Below are positions 32,055 to 40,567 of a stretch of 64,000 nt of DNA, one piece after another. Under the pieces are notes generated by a model. It was not told the DNA's origin. It made no database searches and worked only from the letters and a program-made list of their open reading frames with translations. This DNA comes from Candidatus Kuenenia stuttgartensis. GTDB lineage: Bacteria; Planctomycetota; JAKEIC01; DYIT01. The first letter of the stretch is position 1; each line of letters begins with the position of its first letter. The stretch is from the NCBI GenBank assembly GCA_020723505.1, contig DYIT01000012.1, positions 372 to 64,371 on the forward strand, in the 5' to 3' direction. Made by a program: the position numbers and the translations under genes.

Positions 32055-34106
32055 TCACAGCTCAATGCACTCCACTCCGGCGTTCCTGAGGAGCCATGCC
32101 GCCACTCCGCAGCCCTCCTTGACCTCGCCGTCTATCGACACGGTCCCTGCCCCGCACGACGGGCTCCGGCCCTTCAAATACGCGACCTTTATCCCCTTCT
32201 CTGCGGCCATCCTCTCCGCCTCCCTCGCGCCCTTGAGGAACGCATCGGTCACGTCCTCGCCCGTGTCCTTGAACACAACCCGCGCCCTGCCCTCGACGAC
32301 TTCCCTCCCCGTTCCGCCCACGATGACCGCCTTGGGCCTGGGAACCGGAAGCCCGCCCATGACCTCCGGGCATATCTCCACCGCCTCCCGGCCGGCAATG
32401 AGTTCCCGGGCGGCAACGCTGTCCGCAGACCCGCCGTCCCATCTGCATTTCCTGCCCAGGAGGCACGCGCTCACCATCACCGGGCCCTGCGCCGGCGCGC
32501 CGGATGTTCCTGCTCGGCCGGGTCTCCGGGCGACCAGCATCTTCCCCCAGAGAAGGAGGCTCTGGTCGCGGAGGAGCATCGACGCAGCGAGGAAGACCGC
32601 CGCACCGGCGAGCACCGCGGACAGCACCGCGAACGCCGTCCCGGCTTTTCCACCAATCGGGACCGCAGCCGCGAGGCGCTGCACGGCCAGTGCCGCCCCG
32701 CACATCGCCGCCGAGGCCGCCGCGGGCTTCAGCATCCCATTCAGGAAAGGCGCAATCACCCGCGTGCCGAGCCGCCGGCCGATTATGAAGAGGCACAAGA
32801 GGAAGTTGAGCCACGAAGTCGCCGCCGTCGAAAGGGCCAGTCCCGCTTCCTGCATGGGGAAGACGAGAACGAGGTTGAGCGCAAGGTTGAGGAGCACCAT
32901 CGCGATTGAGATTCTGAGTGGCGTCCCCGTGTCCTTCAGCGCGTAGAAGCCGCGGGTCACTACCTGGATGCCGCAATAGGCCGGAAGCCCCAGGCCGTAG
33001 AGGAGCGTGACCGCCGCCGTGCGGTCGAGCGCGCCTTCGCTCTCCGAGAACGCCCCGTGCCCGAAAAGGAGGGAGACGATGCCCGGCGACAGGACCATGA
33101 GGCCGGCCCCGGCGGGGACGGCCAGGAAGAGCGCATCGCGGAGGGCCTGGGTCATCACGCGGCCAAGGCCTGGAAAATCGGCCCTTGCCCCATATCCGGC
33201 CAGGTGGGGGAACACAGCGGTCGCCACCGCGATGCCGATTATCCCGAGCGGGAACTGCATGAGCCTGTTGCCATAGTAGAGCGCCGACACCGCCCCGTCG
33301 CCCGGGACCAGGAGCTCGGCGATGAGATTGTCCACCAGGACGTTCACCTGGAATATGGCCAGCCCGAAGGCGACGGGCACCGCGAGACGGGCGACCTCGC
33401 CGACCGCCGGGTCGCGGAACCCGAGCTTCGGCATGCCGATTTTCCCGGACCATAGGAGCGGGACGTAGAGGATTCCGACCTCAGCGGCTCCTCCGACGAG
33501 TATGAAGGCCGCCATGACATAGGCGCCCGCCGCCACGCCCCCGAGGGGGATTGCGACGACAACCCCCGCAATCCAAAGCACGTTCAGCAGCACCGGCGCG
33601 GAAGCCGAAAGCGTGAATTTCTTCCTCGCATTGAGCAGCGCTGACAGGAACGCCACCGTGCACACGAGCACCAGGTAGGGAATCATGAACGCCGTCAGGC
33701 TGCAGGTGAGCCCGATCTTGGCTGCGGAATCGCCCTCTCCTCCGGCGATGGCCGGAATCAGCAGCGCGACCCCCGCCCCGGCTGCGGCCAGGACGCCCAG
33801 TATGAGTCCCTGGACGCCGATCAGCCCCGAGGAGAATTCCTTGGCCCTGCCTTCGCCTTGCTTCTCGAGCGTCTCCGCATAGACCGGGATGAAGCTCGAT
33901 CCGAGCGCGCCTTCGCCGAAAAGCCGCCTGAAAAGGTTCGGAATTATGAAGGCTATCGTGAACGCGTCCCAGACCATCCCTGCGCCGAACACGGAGGCGC
34001 AGAGTACGTCCCGCACCATGCCGAGCACCCTGCTCGCCAGGGTCATGAGACCCAGGATGGTCGCGGACCGGAATACCTCGGATCGTTCACTTCTCTGCGG
34101 GGTCAT
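32055..34106 (-). CDS. murJ: lipid II flippase MurJ fused to a C-terminal DUF523 (TudS-like Fe-S) domain
   Basis: MurJ N-terminus ATILGLMTLASRVLGMVRDVLCASVFGAG..IIPNLFRRLFGEGAL and about 14 TM segments. After about residue 535: VSACLLGRKCRWDGG..ICPEVMGGLPVPRP..KGRSPSCG (DUF523 Cys motifs). One uninterrupted ORF. Confidence 0.85.
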   Translation of the reverse strand: MTPQRSERSEVFRSATILGLMTLASRVLGMVRDVLCASVFGAGMVWDAFTIAFIIPNLFRRLFGEGALGSSFIPVYAETLEKQGEGRAKEFSSGLIGVQGLILGVLAAAGAGVALLIPAIAGGEGDSAAKIGLTCSLTAFMIPYLVLVCTVAFLSALLNARKKFTLSASAPVLLNVLWIAGVVVAIPLGGVAAGAYVMAAFILVGGAAEVGILYVPLLWSGKIGMPKLGFRDPAVGEVARLAVPVAFGLAIFQVNVLVDNLIAELLVPGDGAVSALYYGNRLMQFPLGIIGIAVATAVFPHLAGYGARADFPGLGRVMTQALRDALFLAVPAGAGLMVLSPGIVSLLFGHGAFSESEGALDRTAAVTLLYGLGLPAYCGIQVVTRGFYALKDTGTPLRISIAMVLLNLALNLVLVFPMQEAGLALSTAATSWLNFLLCLFIIGRRLGTRVIAPFLNGMLKPAAASAAMCGAALAVQRLAAAVPIGGKAGTAFAVLSAVLAGAAVFLAASMLLRDQSLLLWGKMLVARRPGRAGTSGAPAQGPVMVSACLLGRKCRWDGGSADSVAARELIAGREAVEICPEVMGGLPVPRPKAVIVGGTGREVVEGRARVVFKDTGEDVTDAFLKGAREAERMAAEKGIKVAYLKGRSPSCGAGTVSIDGEVKEGCGVAAWLLRNAGVECIEL

Positions 34107-34187
34107 CAGGACAGCCCGATTACACCGATCATTGATTCTACTTGAGCCTGATTTACATGGCAGCGCTCAGGAATTGCCCTTTGTGAA

Positions 34188-35291
34188 TTATCCGGGCCGG
34201 GCTCCCGGCTCCCGGCCGGACGAGAAGGAACCTCGCGGGCCCGCAAGCGCCGCCTTGAGCGCCGCGGCATGCTCCATCGGATCGCGGGCGCTCATCAGGT
34301 CCGACGACACGCATGCGCGGCGTATCCCCAGCGCTGCAAGCTCGGCGATTCGCCCTGCCCCGATGCCGCCTATCGGAAACACCGGACCTTGTACGGAAGA
34401 GCTCGCCCTGGCCGCCTCCCCCGGACCGATTGCCTTCCGGTCCGGCTTCAGCGCCGAGGGATACACCGTGCCTATGCCCACGTAGTCGGCCCCGGCTCCG
34501 AAGGCAGCGGCGGCCTCCTCGGCCGAACGCACCGACGCGCCGATGAGCAGCCTGGACCCGACAATCCCCCGCGCGTCCCCGATGCCCATGTCGTTGCGGC
34601 CGAGATGCACCCCGTCGGCCCCGCAGGCGAGCGCCACGTCGACGCGGTCGTTCATTATGAACAAGGCCCCGGCCCCGGACGCAGCGGCGCATACCTCTCG
34701 CGCAAGAACGAGCAGATCCCGGTCCGGCACCTTGAATCCCCGGAGCTGGACGACGTCGGCCCCGCCCCGCGCGCACGCGGCAGCGAGCGCCGCGGGCGAG
34801 GCCGGGGCCGGCTCGCCGCTCAGGATGAAATACAGGGACGCCGCGGTGATCCTGCGCCTCCGGTCGTCGAACATGAGCGACGATTCCGCCGAATATGCCT
34901 CGAAACGCAGGCGCTCGGCCGCTGCCGCCGCTCCGGCCTTTCCCCCTGCCCTCGAGTATTCCGACAGGACCCTCAGGGCCTCGAACAGCCTCGAGAAGTT
35001 CGCCGCAAGCATCCCGCCGATTCCCGGATATGTCCCCGCCGCCGGACCGGCATCGGGCCTGCCGGGGTCGTTCAGAGCGTCCCTGGCCGCCAGGCGGGAG
35101 CGCCGCTCGATTCCAGCCGCCACGGCGAATTCGTCCAGTCCATGCCGAATCGCCTTGAGCCTTGCCGTCGATTCGGAATCGCAAAGGGCGAACCTCGCGT
35201 ACTCCTCTATAACCCTCAGGGCCTCGGCGGCCCTGTTCATGTTCGCGTCCATAATCCTGTGGATTTCCATCGTCTCCCGCTCTTCAGGCAT
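34188..35291 (-). CDS. thiE: thiamine-phosphate synthase with N-terminal ThiE-associated helical domain
   Basis: N-domain IMDANMNRAAEALRVIEEYARF. TIM-barrel part VVQLRGFK..GADGVHLG..GASVRS..ADYVGIGTVYPS..PVFPIGGI. Start uncertain (35291 or 35270). Confidence 0.8.
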   Translation of the reverse strand: MPEERETMEIHRIMDANMNRAAEALRVIEEYARFALCDSESTARLKAIRHGLDEFAVAAGIERRSRLAARDALNDPGRPDAGPAAGTYPGIGGMLAANFSRLFEALRVLSEYSRAGGKAGAAAAAERLRFEAYSAESSLMFDDRRRRITAASLYFILSGEPAPASPAALAAACARGGADVVQLRGFKVPDRDLLVLAREVCAAASGAGALFIMNDRVDVALACGADGVHLGRNDMGIGDARGIVGSRLLIGASVRSAEEAAAAFGAGADYVGIGTVYPSALKPDRKAIGPGEAARASSSVQGPVFPIGGIGAGRIAELAALGIRRACVSSDLMSARDPMEHAAALKAALAGPRGSFSSGREPGARPG

Positions 35292-35302
35292 GCCCGGGCG
35301 AT

Positions 35303-36358
35303 TCAGGGGTCCCGACGGAGGGGAATAGTACTTGCGGCCCGGGGAATATTCAATGCGAGGGCGCAGCAGCCGCGGCATGGCACATGGCCGCAAAGCCGCC
35401 CGATGCTCTCGAGCGTCTTCAAGTACAAACCCGGTATCCTGCTGCCAAGGCTTCCGAAATGAGCCTTGCAGACGCCAGGGCCGAACTCGCCGTCAGGGCA
35501 TCCGCGCGACGAGAACCTGGAGATCTTCCGGCGGCTTTCGAACTTCTCCACGATTTGAGCGGCCTTAAGGCGCAGGATTCCCTCGACCGGTAGGATGGGG
35601 AGCCTGAAAATGCCCGCGCCGCGCCGGGGCTCCGTGCCTCCGGGCGGGCCCGATGCGTTCGGGAGGAAATCTGCGACCCATTCGTTCGCCGCCCGCAGCT
35701 TTCGGTAGACGTCGAATCCGTGGAGCGGGACCATCCTGGCAATTTCGTTCGCCGTGAAGATGTTCCTCGGACCAAGGGCGAGGGAGTCCTCGGAAAGGAA
35801 GAAATTCGGGCAGGGTTTCGGGCGGACCATGCCGATTGCCCTGCACAGGGCCACGACAATCATTCTGCAAATCCACAGCCTTCCGGGTTCGGTAACGACC
35901 AGGAAATCGAGGTCTTCGCCGCATCCGCAGGTCCCGGCGGCCGCCGAGCCCGTCAAGGCCACCATGCGCACTAGCGGCATGGAGGAGATCAATCCCCCGA
36001 GAAACCGGGCAGACGACATCGCTTCGGCCGATTCCCGCTCGAGCCTGGTCCTCGCCTCGGTCCGGCCCGCTTCCCGGCCGAGGTGGAAGTACGCGCCCGT
36101 AGATCCTACGCGGGCTTTGAGGAATCCGCTCTCCGCGATTACCTGCTCGATGCCCTCGCCGGAAGCGCGGACTCCCACGGCGTAGCGCAGTAGCTCCTGG
36201 CGGGTGAGCACGCCGCCGAAAAGGCCGGCGTAGGCCAGGGCGCGCAGCACGGCCCTGTCCAGGGAAGAGCACAAGGTGTCCGCGGAGGAGGAAGGCGACG
36301 CGGCCTCAAGGCAGGAGGAATCCGGAAATGCCGAGCCAATCGCCGGCCGGTCGTTCAC
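35303..36358 (-). CDS. hypothetical protein, nucleotidyltransferase-fold-like
   Basis: GTG start overlaps the mfd stop (GTGA), with GGAGGAGG 7 nt upstream. GSAAAGTCGCGEDLDFLVV resembles a pol-beta NTase GS..D.D motif. The part of the tracked ORF upstream of 36358 lies inside mfd and is rejected. Confidence 0.5.
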   Translation of the reverse strand: MNDRPAIGSAFPDSSCLEAASPSSSADTLCSSLDRAVLRALAYAGLFGGVLTRQELLRYAVGVRASGEGIEQVIAESGFLKARVGSTGAYFHLGREAGRTEARTRLERESAEAMSSARFLGGLISSMPLVRMVALTGSAAAGTCGCGEDLDFLVVTEPGRLWICRMIVVALCRAIGMVRPKPCPNFFLSEDSLALGPRNIFTANEIARMVPLHGFDVYRKLRAANEWVADFLPNASGPPGGTEPRRGAGIFRLPILPVEGILRLKAAQIVEKFESRRKISRFSSRGCPDGEFGPGVCKAHFGSLGSRIPGLYLKTLESIGRLCGHVPCRGCCALALNIPRAASTIPLRRDP

Positions 36359-38466
36359 GGAAACACCTCCTCCAGGAAGCCGAGCAGGCCTTCCCCGGAC
36401 CGGCGTCCGGGCGGAAGGACCAGGAAGAGAATCCCGTCCTCGAACTGCTTGAGCTTCGGCAGCGCCTCCTTGCGCCTCGCGAGGAACACGGCGGCCCGCG
36501 GGGCCGGCTCGAACTCGACGTAAAGCGAGTCGCCGCCGGTGAAAATCGAGACCGCGCCCGCCTCCTCGGCCCTTATGCGCACGGCAGCGAGCCTCAGGAG
36601 GTTCCCGACCTCCGGAGGCGGAGGCCCGAACATGTCTGCCGCTTCCGCCCTCGCGCGCCCGATGTCCTCGATTGACGAGGCGCCCGCGACGCGCTTGTGC
36701 AGCCAGAGCTTCATCCCGTCCGATCCAGCGTAGGATGCGGGCACGGAGGTGTCGATTGGCAGGTCGCATCCCACGCTCGTGCGGATTCCGGAGCCCGGCT
36801 CCTTGATCTCCTTCGCAGCCTCCCTGAGCAGCCTGCAGTACATCTCGTACCCCACGGACGCGATGTGCCCGCTCTGGTCCCTGCCGATGAGATCCCCGGC
36901 GCCGCGTATCTCGAGATCCCTGAGCGCGATTTTGAATCCCGCCCCGAGCTCCGAGTACTCCATGACCGCGGCCAGCCTCTTCTCGGCGACCTCGCGCAGC
37001 GGCAGCCTGTCGGGGAGGATGAGGTACGCGTACGCCTTGCGGCTCACGCGGCCCACCCTGCCGCGGAGCTGGTGAAGGTCGGCAAGCCCGAAGTTGTGCG
37101 CGTTGTTGATGAAGAGGGTGTTCACGTTCGGGATGTCGACGCCGGACTCGATGATTGTGGTCGTGAGCAGCACTTGCGTCTCCCCGCCCAGGAACGCCTT
37201 CATCGCTGACTTGATTCGGGTCTTCTGCATCTGCCCGTGCGCCACGCCAATCCTCGCCTCCGGAACGATTTGCTCGAGCCTCTTCGCGATGGACAGGATG
37301 CTGTCGACCTTGTCATGCACGAAGAACACCTGGCCGTCCCGGTCCATCTCCCTTCTCACCGCCTGCGCAATCGCCGAATGGTCGAAGCGGATGATTTTCG
37401 TCTCTATGGCCTGCCTTCCAGGCGGAGGCGTGGTCAGGTTCGATATGTCCTTGAGCCCGAGCAGATTCATCTGCAGGGTCCTCGGAATGGGAGTGGCCGT
37501 TAGGGTAAGGACGTCCACGGTCGCGCGGAGCTTCTTCAGGTGTTCCTTGTGCCTCACGCCGAACCGCTGCTCCTCGTCGATAATCACTAGGCCCAGGTCC
37601 TTGAACGCCACGTCCCTGCCGAGGAGGCGGTGGGTCCCGATGAGGATGTCCACCTCCCCGCGGGCGGTCCTCTCGATTACGTCGCGGATTTCCCCGGCAG
37701 TGCGGAACCGGGAAACCATCTCGATGAACACCGGATACGCGGCCATGCGCTCGCGGAAAGTCTCGAAGTGCTGCTGGGCGAGGATCGTCGTGGGAACGAG
37801 CACGGCCGCCTGTTTGCCCGCGGATACGGCCTTGAACGCGGCCCTCATGGCCACCTCGGTCTTGCCGTATCCCACGTCCCCGCAGATGAGCCTGTCCATG
37901 GGCTTCCGGGCCTCCATGTCCCGCTTCACCTCGATCGCCGCGCGAAGCTGGTCCGGAGTCTCCTCGAACGGGAACGCGTTCTCGAAACCCGCCTGCCAGG
38001 CCGTGTCGGGCGGGAAGGCGATGCCCGGGCTCGACGCCCTCATTGCCTGCATCTCGAGCAGGTCGAGCGCAAGGCCGGAAATCGCCTGCCTCACCCTAGC
38101 CTTCCTGGCGCTCCATTCCTTCCCGGCGACCAGGCTGAGCTCGGGCTTTAATCCCCCGGCACCGACGTAGCGGTGCACGAGGTCGGCGTTGTCCAGGGGC
38201 ACGAGGAGGTTCGCGCCGTCCCTGAACTCGAGCCGCATGAACTCCTTCTCAACGCCAGAGGTGGATCCCTTCTCGATGCCGCGGAACACCGATATGCCGC
38301 GGTTCGCGTGCACGACCGTTTCGCCCGGCGTGAACTCCGGCACTTCGATGGGCTGGGCGCCGGCCGCATCTCCGTGCAGCCGCGGCGGGAACGGCCTCCT
38401 CCCGTAGACCTGGTGCAGGGGAAGGAAGACCACGCCGGCCTCGGGGAATTCGAACCCGCTCTCCAT
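36355..38466 (-). CDS. mfd: transcription-repair coupling factor Mfd, C-terminal two-thirds (after frame break)
   Basis: RNAP-interaction/TRG and superfamily-2 helicase motifs: LICGDVGYGKTEVA, DEEQRFG, LTLTATPIPRTL, QLRGRVGR. Coding in this frame actually continues upstream to the A10 tract at 38578-38587. Confidence 0.9.
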   Translation of the reverse strand: MESGFEFPEAGVVFLPLHQVYGRRPFPPRLHGDAAGAQPIEVPEFTPGETVVHANRGISVFRGIEKGSTSGVEKEFMRLEFRDGANLLVPLDNADLVHRYVGAGGLKPELSLVAGKEWSARKARVRQAISGLALDLLEMQAMRASSPGIAFPPDTAWQAGFENAFPFEETPDQLRAAIEVKRDMEARKPMDRLICGDVGYGKTEVAMRAAFKAVSAGKQAAVLVPTTILAQQHFETFRERMAAYPVFIEMVSRFRTAGEIRDVIERTARGEVDILIGTHRLLGRDVAFKDLGLVIIDEEQRFGVRHKEHLKKLRATVDVLTLTATPIPRTLQMNLLGLKDISNLTTPPPGRQAIETKIIRFDHSAIAQAVRREMDRDGQVFFVHDKVDSILSIAKRLEQIVPEARIGVAHGQMQKTRIKSAMKAFLGGETQVLLTTTIIESGVDIPNVNTLFINNAHNFGLADLHQLRGRVGRVSRKAYAYLILPDRLPLREVAEKRLAAVMEYSELGAGFKIALRDLEIRGAGDLIGRDQSGHIASVGYEMYCRLLREAAKEIKEPGSGIRTSVGCDLPIDTSVPASYAGSDGMKLWLHKRVAGASSIEDIGRARAEAADMFGPPPPEVGNLLRLAAVRIRAEEAGAVSIFTGGDSLYVEFEPAPRAAVFLARRKEALPKLKQFEDGILFLVLPPGRRSGEGLLGFLEEVFP

Positions 38467-38564
38467 GTACCCCTCGGCCGTCGCGACGCAGGCCGGTACC
38501 TGCGCGGAGCTACCGAAGGCCGTCTCGAGAAACCGCCCGGCCTCGGCGTCGTTGCGGCATATTA

Positions 38565-39590
38565 TCAGGAGCTTGTCTTTTTTTTTTCCCTGAGCGAGTC
38601 GAGGTACGAGGCGAGCGACCCTGCGAGATCGGCGAACTTCTCGATTGAACTGATATTGAAGTCGAACCCGGGCGCATCGCCGGGTTTGGGCATCTGCGTG
38701 AGGAACAGCCTCGCCGCGGCGCCGTCCCCGCTCAGAATCCTCTCGTACATGAGCGGCAGCTTGGCGTCGGCCGTCTTCTGGAAGATTTCGTTGATGCGCG
38801 TCTCCATGGCCTCCGGATTCATGAAGAAGACCGCGCTTCTGGCCGGAAGATAGTCGAGCAGCGTGGGCACCGGACCGCCGCCCGGGGCCGCGTAGGACCT
38901 CGCGGAATTCAGGGCGATAATCCCGCAGCTCGAAAGCTCCTGCACCGAGACCTGCGTGGACGGATTGTACTCCCGTATAGACTCCACCGTGTCCCCGAAC
39001 AGCTCAATCCTCACCGGCTTCACCGAGGAATAGGGGAAGACGTCAATCACCGAGCCCCTCCGGCTCCACTCCCCCGGCGACTCGGCGATTGGAACCCTCC
39101 GGAGCCCCCTCTCCTCCATCCACGACTCCACTTCCCTGATGTCGAGATCCATGCCCTTCGTTATGGAAAGGTAGTTCTTCTCGAGCGCCTTCTTCGGCCA
39201 CACGGGCCTTGCCAGCGCCTCGATGCTGGCGACCGTAATCCTCGGCCCGGGACCGGTCAGGAAGCGGCTCAGCAGGCTGAGCCTCATGTTGAGCGCATGC
39301 GGGTCCTCCTCCCCTTCGCTGGAATCGGGTGGAGGAAAAAGCGCAATTGCGTCCGGAGGAAAGAACATGGCGAGGTCGTCCATTGCGGTCTCGGCCCTGG
39401 ACGGTTTCGGCACCACGAACAGAATCCCGCCGGGCGCGTCCAGCTCGACCGCGCTCAGGAGCACGGCGTACGCGGACCCGAAGATACCCCCGATGTACAG
39501 GGTATCGGAGGATTCAATAGTTTCCTTTATCCGCCGGAACTTCTCGAGCGATCGTATGTTCTCGATATATTCCGCGAGGTTGCCGGTCAT
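38565..39590 (-). CDS. mfd: Mfd N-terminal UvrB-homology part (terminates 3 codons after the A10 tract)
   Basis: TLYIGGIFGSAYAVLLSAV..ILFVVPKPSRAETAMDDL.. is typical of the Mfd N-terminus. Start moved to MTGNLAEY (39590). Confidence 0.85.
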   Translation of the reverse strand: MTGNLAEYIENIRSLEKFRRIKETIESSDTLYIGGIFGSAYAVLLSAVELDAPGGILFVVPKPSRAETAMDDLAMFFPPDAIALFPPPDSSEGEEDPHALNMRLSLLSRFLTGPGPRITVASIEALARPVWPKKALEKNYLSITKGMDLDIREVESWMEERGLRRVPIAESPGEWSRRGSVIDVFPYSSVKPVRIELFGDTVESIREYNPSTQVSVQELSSCGIIALNSARSYAAPGGGPVPTLLDYLPARSAVFFMNPEAMETRINEIFQKTADAKLPLMYERILSGDGAAARLFLTQMPKPGDAPGFDFNISSIEKFADLAGSLASYLDSLREKKKTSS

Positions 39591-39805
39591 CGAAACACCT
39601 GGAATCTGTTCCCGTCCGGTATCGAACTTTCCAGTCCATGCAGTCCGGGTACGCTGCAACATCATGCATGGAACGGAATGCAGAATTCTTCATTATAGGG
39701 ACTTTTTTATTTCCGCGCCATGCCGGTTTCGCCAAGGTTTGGAATCCGATTTGCATATTCGCAAAGTTTGGGGTTCAAGCGATTACTTTGTTAACGTTGT
39801 GTTGA

Positions 39806-40504
39806 ATGATTCATTCAGGTAAAATCATTTCAAAGGCACCCCAAAACAAGGCTGAATCCGGCTTTTCTCAGGCTCGGACCTTGAAAAAACTCTCCGAAAA
39901 GGAAATGGTCGCAGGTTGCATAGAAGGGTCCGTCCCTGCCTGGGAGCAGTTCGTCGACGAGTGGTCCAGATACTCGTTTTCCGTGATCCAGCAGACTCTG
40001 AGGACGAGCAGGTGGCCGTATTCCCAGGAAGATGCCGAGGACATCCTCAGCCAGGTCTTCGTGTCCTTCGTGGAAAACCAGAAGCACCTCTTCCGGAACT
40101 TCCAGTGGCGCTGCTCCCTCAAGACATGGGTGTGGATGGTTTCAAGAAAGACCGCCATAAGATATTTCAGGCGCAAAAGATGGAAAACCATCCCTATCTC
40201 AGAGGTTCTGGAAGAGGATTCCGATCAGGGCGAAGGGACCGCCCCGCCCGATCCCAATCCGGGACCGGTCGAACAAGTCGCAGACAAGGAAAAATCCGAA
40301 ATGGTCAAGGCCATTCTCAACGAGCTCCCTGAACGCGAGAGGCTTGCGCTGACCTATTACTTCTACGATGGAGCGTCATACAAGGAGATATCCGAGCTTC
40401 TCGGCATAAAACCACACTATGTGGGAACTATGATTTTCAGGGCGAAGAAGCTGCTCGAAAACAGGCTTTCGGGAAAAATCGAAGGATTGGGCGAAAAAAA
40501 ATAA
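39806..40504 (+). CDS. ECF-type RNA polymerase sigma-70 family factor
   Basis: Region 2 EDAEDILSQVFVSFVEN..TWVWMVSRKTAIRYFRR. Region 4 LPERERLALTYYFYDGASYKEISELLGIKPHYVGTMIFRAKKLL. Confidence 0.85.
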   Translation: MIHSGKIISKAPQNKAESGFSQARTLKKLSEKEMVAGCIEGSVPAWEQFVDEWSRYSFSVIQQTLRTSRWPYSQEDAEDILSQVFVSFVENQKHLFRNFQWRCSLKTWVWMVSRKTAIRYFRRKRWKTIPISEVLEEDSDQGEGTAPPDPNPGPVEQVADKEKSEMVKAILNELPERERLALTYYFYDGASYKEISELLGIKPHYVGTMIFRAKKLLENRLSGKIEGLGEKK

Positions 40505-40567
40505 GAAAAAATGTTGTATTTGCCGGCAATGGGCAACTATGTGATTGTGGAATAAGGGGATAGAGCT

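Noticed and set aside
34188-36358. TPP riboswitch upstream of thiE.
   Set aside because: thiE is preceded directly by another coding gene with an 11-nt gap. No CUGAGA..ACCUGAUCUGGAUAAUGCCAGCG-like core was seen.
36359-36769. Upstream 137 codons of the tracked ORF 35303..36769, and the upstream run-on parts of ORFs 58814..60940, 61350..62822, 20608..21342, 47811..48788, 3612..5144 and 19453..20574.
   Set aside because: These extensions run into the neighbouring gene or an intergenic repeat. Internal starts with SD sequences and family-typical N-termini (signal peptides, lipoboxes, conserved first motifs) fit better.
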